This document shows, in pieces, positions 62,258-64,000 of a DNA stretch of 64,000 nucleotides. The notes beneath the pieces were generated by a model that searched no databases, had not been told where the DNA came from, and was given only the letters and a program-made list of their open reading frames with translations. The DNA is from Candidatus Saganbacteria bacterium (GTDB taxonomy: Bacteria; Margulisbacteria; WOR-1; XYC2-FULL-46-14; XYC2-FULL-37-10). Each line of letters begins with the position of its first letter. Within the stretch, counting starts at the first letter, position 1. A program made the position numbers and the translations under genes. The DNA lies in contig JACRPL010000003.1 in NCBI GenBank assembly GCA_016223245.1, forward strand, positions 74,078 to 138,077. The letters are read 5' to 3'.

Positions 62258-62302
62258 ATACTACATCTAGCGTCTTGACAAAATCCGCGGCAAAAGTAAA
62301 AT
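62258..62302 (+). promoter_or_regulatory. NrdR box and sigma70 promoter
   Basis: ATACTACATCTAGCGT at 62258-62273; TTGACA-N16-TAAAAT. Confidence 0.6.
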
Positions 62303-62332
62303 GAATATCACTTATTACTTGGAGGTGTATTG

Positions 62333-64000
62333 ATGCAAAAGTTCCTGGAATCAATTAAAAAGCGAAACGGCAAGATAGTCCCATTTTCCGAAAAGAAGAT
62401 AGAAGAGGCCATTTCTAAAGCATTGGCTGTGGTGGGCGATGAAAGTTTACTCCTTGCAAAAAAAGTTGCGGAGAAAGTCCTCCACTCATTGAAAAAGAAA
62501 TTTGGCTTCAATATTCCGACCGTTGAACAGGTCCAAGATATTGTTGAAGCCGAACTTATATCCGAAGGGCTGGCCGATTGCGCTAAAGCTTATATCCTTT
62601 ATCGCAATAAAAGGTCTGAATTCCGCGAATCACAGGCGTTTATAAGGAAGATCGACGGCCTGGTACAGGGATATGTTTCGCAATCAGACTGGCGAGTTGC
62701 AGAAAACAGCAACGCTTCATATTCATTGTCAGGGCTTCAGGCCCATATTTCGGGGGCAGTTATTGCCGAATACACGCTCAAGTACATATATCCAGCGGAG
62801 ATCGGACAGGCCCACAGGAATGGCGATTTTCATATCCATGACCTGGGACTTGGCACATTTGCGGGATATTGCGCCGGATGGTCATTAAGGCAATTGTTGG
62901 AGATCGGATTTAACGGCGTCCATGGAAGAGTGTCGGCAAGCCCTGCAAAGCACTTCAATTCTGCATTAGGGCAGATAGTCAATTTCTTAGGAACAATGCA
63001 GAACGAATGGGCCGGGGCGCAAGCATTTTCATCGTTTGACACATATCTTGCGCCTTTAGCCGCAAAAGACGGCCTTAATTACAAAGAAATAAAACAAGCG
63101 ATCCAGGAATTTGTTTTTGCGATCAATGCAACAAGCAGATGGGGAAACCAGGTCCCATTCACGAATATCACCCTCGACTGGACTGTGCCCGAAGATATGA
63201 AAGATCAGCCAGTATTATACGGAGGGCAATATCTTCAAGATGAAACATACTCCAATTTCCAAGAACAAATGGATATGATAAATAAAGCTTTCATAGAGGT
63301 CATGATCAAAGGGGATATTAACGGCAGGATATTCACTTTCCCTATCCCTACATATAATATAACCACCGATTTTAATTGGGATTCGGAGAATGCTAATTTA
63401 CTTTTTGAAATGACGGCAAAGTATGGCATCCCATATTTCCAGAATTTCATCAACAGCAGCCTTAAGCCTTCGGATGTCCGCAGTATGTGCTGCAGGCTCC
63501 AACTCGATATGCGGGAATTAAAGAGCAAGACAGGCGGACTTTTCGGATCAGGCGAAAAGACAGGAAGCATAGGCGTTGTTACTGTCAACCTTCCGCGCCT
63601 TGGATTTTTATCCAAGACCGAAGAAGAATTCTTTGATCGCGCAGAAACTCTTCTTTATCTTGCAAAGGAATCACTGGAGATCAAGCGCAAAGAAGTCAAC
63701 AAAAATATGGAAGAAGGATTGCTCCCATGGTCTAAGAGGTATCTTGGGACCCTTAAGTTCCATTTTTCGACAATAGGCATAGTCGGTATGCACGAATGCT
63801 GCCTAAATTTTTTAGGAAAAGGCGTTGATACCCCCGCCGGCAAAGCGTTTGCGCACAAAGTGATGGATTTCTTCAGGGCAAAGATTATGGGATTCCAGGT
63901 TGAAACCGGGCATATATTCAATCTTGAAGCAACCCCCGCTGAAGGCACGGCTTACCGCTTGGCTAGGATAGATAAAAGGACACACCCGGAAATTATTACA
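62333..64000 (+). CDS. nrdD: Class III anaerobic ribonucleotide reductase with ATP cone (runs off window end; absent from the ORF track)
   Basis: MQKFLESIKKRNGKIV…VEQVQDIVE…DWRVAENSN…HIHDL…YCAGWS…FTFPIPTYN…SMCCRL…NLEATPAEG. Confidence 0.95.
   Translation, partial: MQKFLESIKKRNGKIVPFSEKKIEEAISKALAVVGDESLLLAKKVAEKVLHSLKKKFGFNIPTVEQVQDIVEAELISEGLADCAKAYILYRNKRSEFRESQAFIRKIDGLVQGYVSQSDWRVAENSNASYSLSGLQAHISGAVIAEYTLKYIYPAEIGQAHRNGDFHIHDLGLGTFAGYCAGWSLRQLLEIGFNGVHGRVSASPAKHFNSALGQIVNFLGTMQNEWAGAQAFSSFDTYLAPLAAKDGLNYKEIKQAIQEFVFAINATSRWGNQVPFTNITLDWTVPEDMKDQPVLYGGQYLQDETYSNFQEQMDMINKAFIEVMIKGDINGRIFTFPIPTYNITTDFNWDSENANLLFEMTAKYGIPYFQNFINSSLKPSDVRSMCCRLQLDMRELKSKTGGLFGSGEKTGSIGVVTVNLPRLGFLSKTEEEFFDRAETLLYLAKESLEIKRKEVNKNMEEGLLPWSKRYLGTLKFHFSTIGIVGMHECCLNFLGKGVDTPAGKAFAHKVMDFFRAKIMGFQVETGHIFNLEATPAEGTAYRLARIDKRTHPEIIT

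Overview
A 64-kb chromosomal window from an AT-rich, probably anaerobic, diderm bacterium. The gene content is reminiscent of Saganbacteria/Margulisbacteria, but that is a guess I cannot verify. (1) 0.3-23.5 kb is a nitrogen-assimilation region: Gln-dependent nadE, a NifA-like sigma54 activator, an uncharacterised porin-like gene, three amt-glnK pairs, type III glnA, gltBD and nfnAB. It has four readable -24/-12 promoters and a recurring TACA-N4-TGTA palindrome. (2) 23.5-45 kb mixes housekeeping genes (MFS, LCP, ssb, larBC, rarA, lsrF-like, mtnA) with TA modules, IS5/IS1182-like remnants, a tRNA-Ser/GIY-YIG locus and orphan genes. (3) 45-64 kb covers metal and redox homeostasis: copA, a direct-repeat-bounded galT-merT-merA-crp cassette, ZIP, hemerythrin, fur-porins-feoB-dtxR and class III nrdD. 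Five signals stand out. First, a shared TGAAATTT-N12/13-CCGATA-like (sigma28-like) motif precedes four dispersed orphan genes, several of them enzyme domains with novel N-termini. Second, several short palindromic repeat families sit in frame inside gltB, gltD, nfnAB, larB, copA and feoB. Third, a GIY-YIG gene lies between a broken and an intact tRNA-Ser. Fourth, integrase-less cassettes are nested at the copA 3' end. Fifth, many genes look leaderless. All calls come from manual reading, with no database searches.
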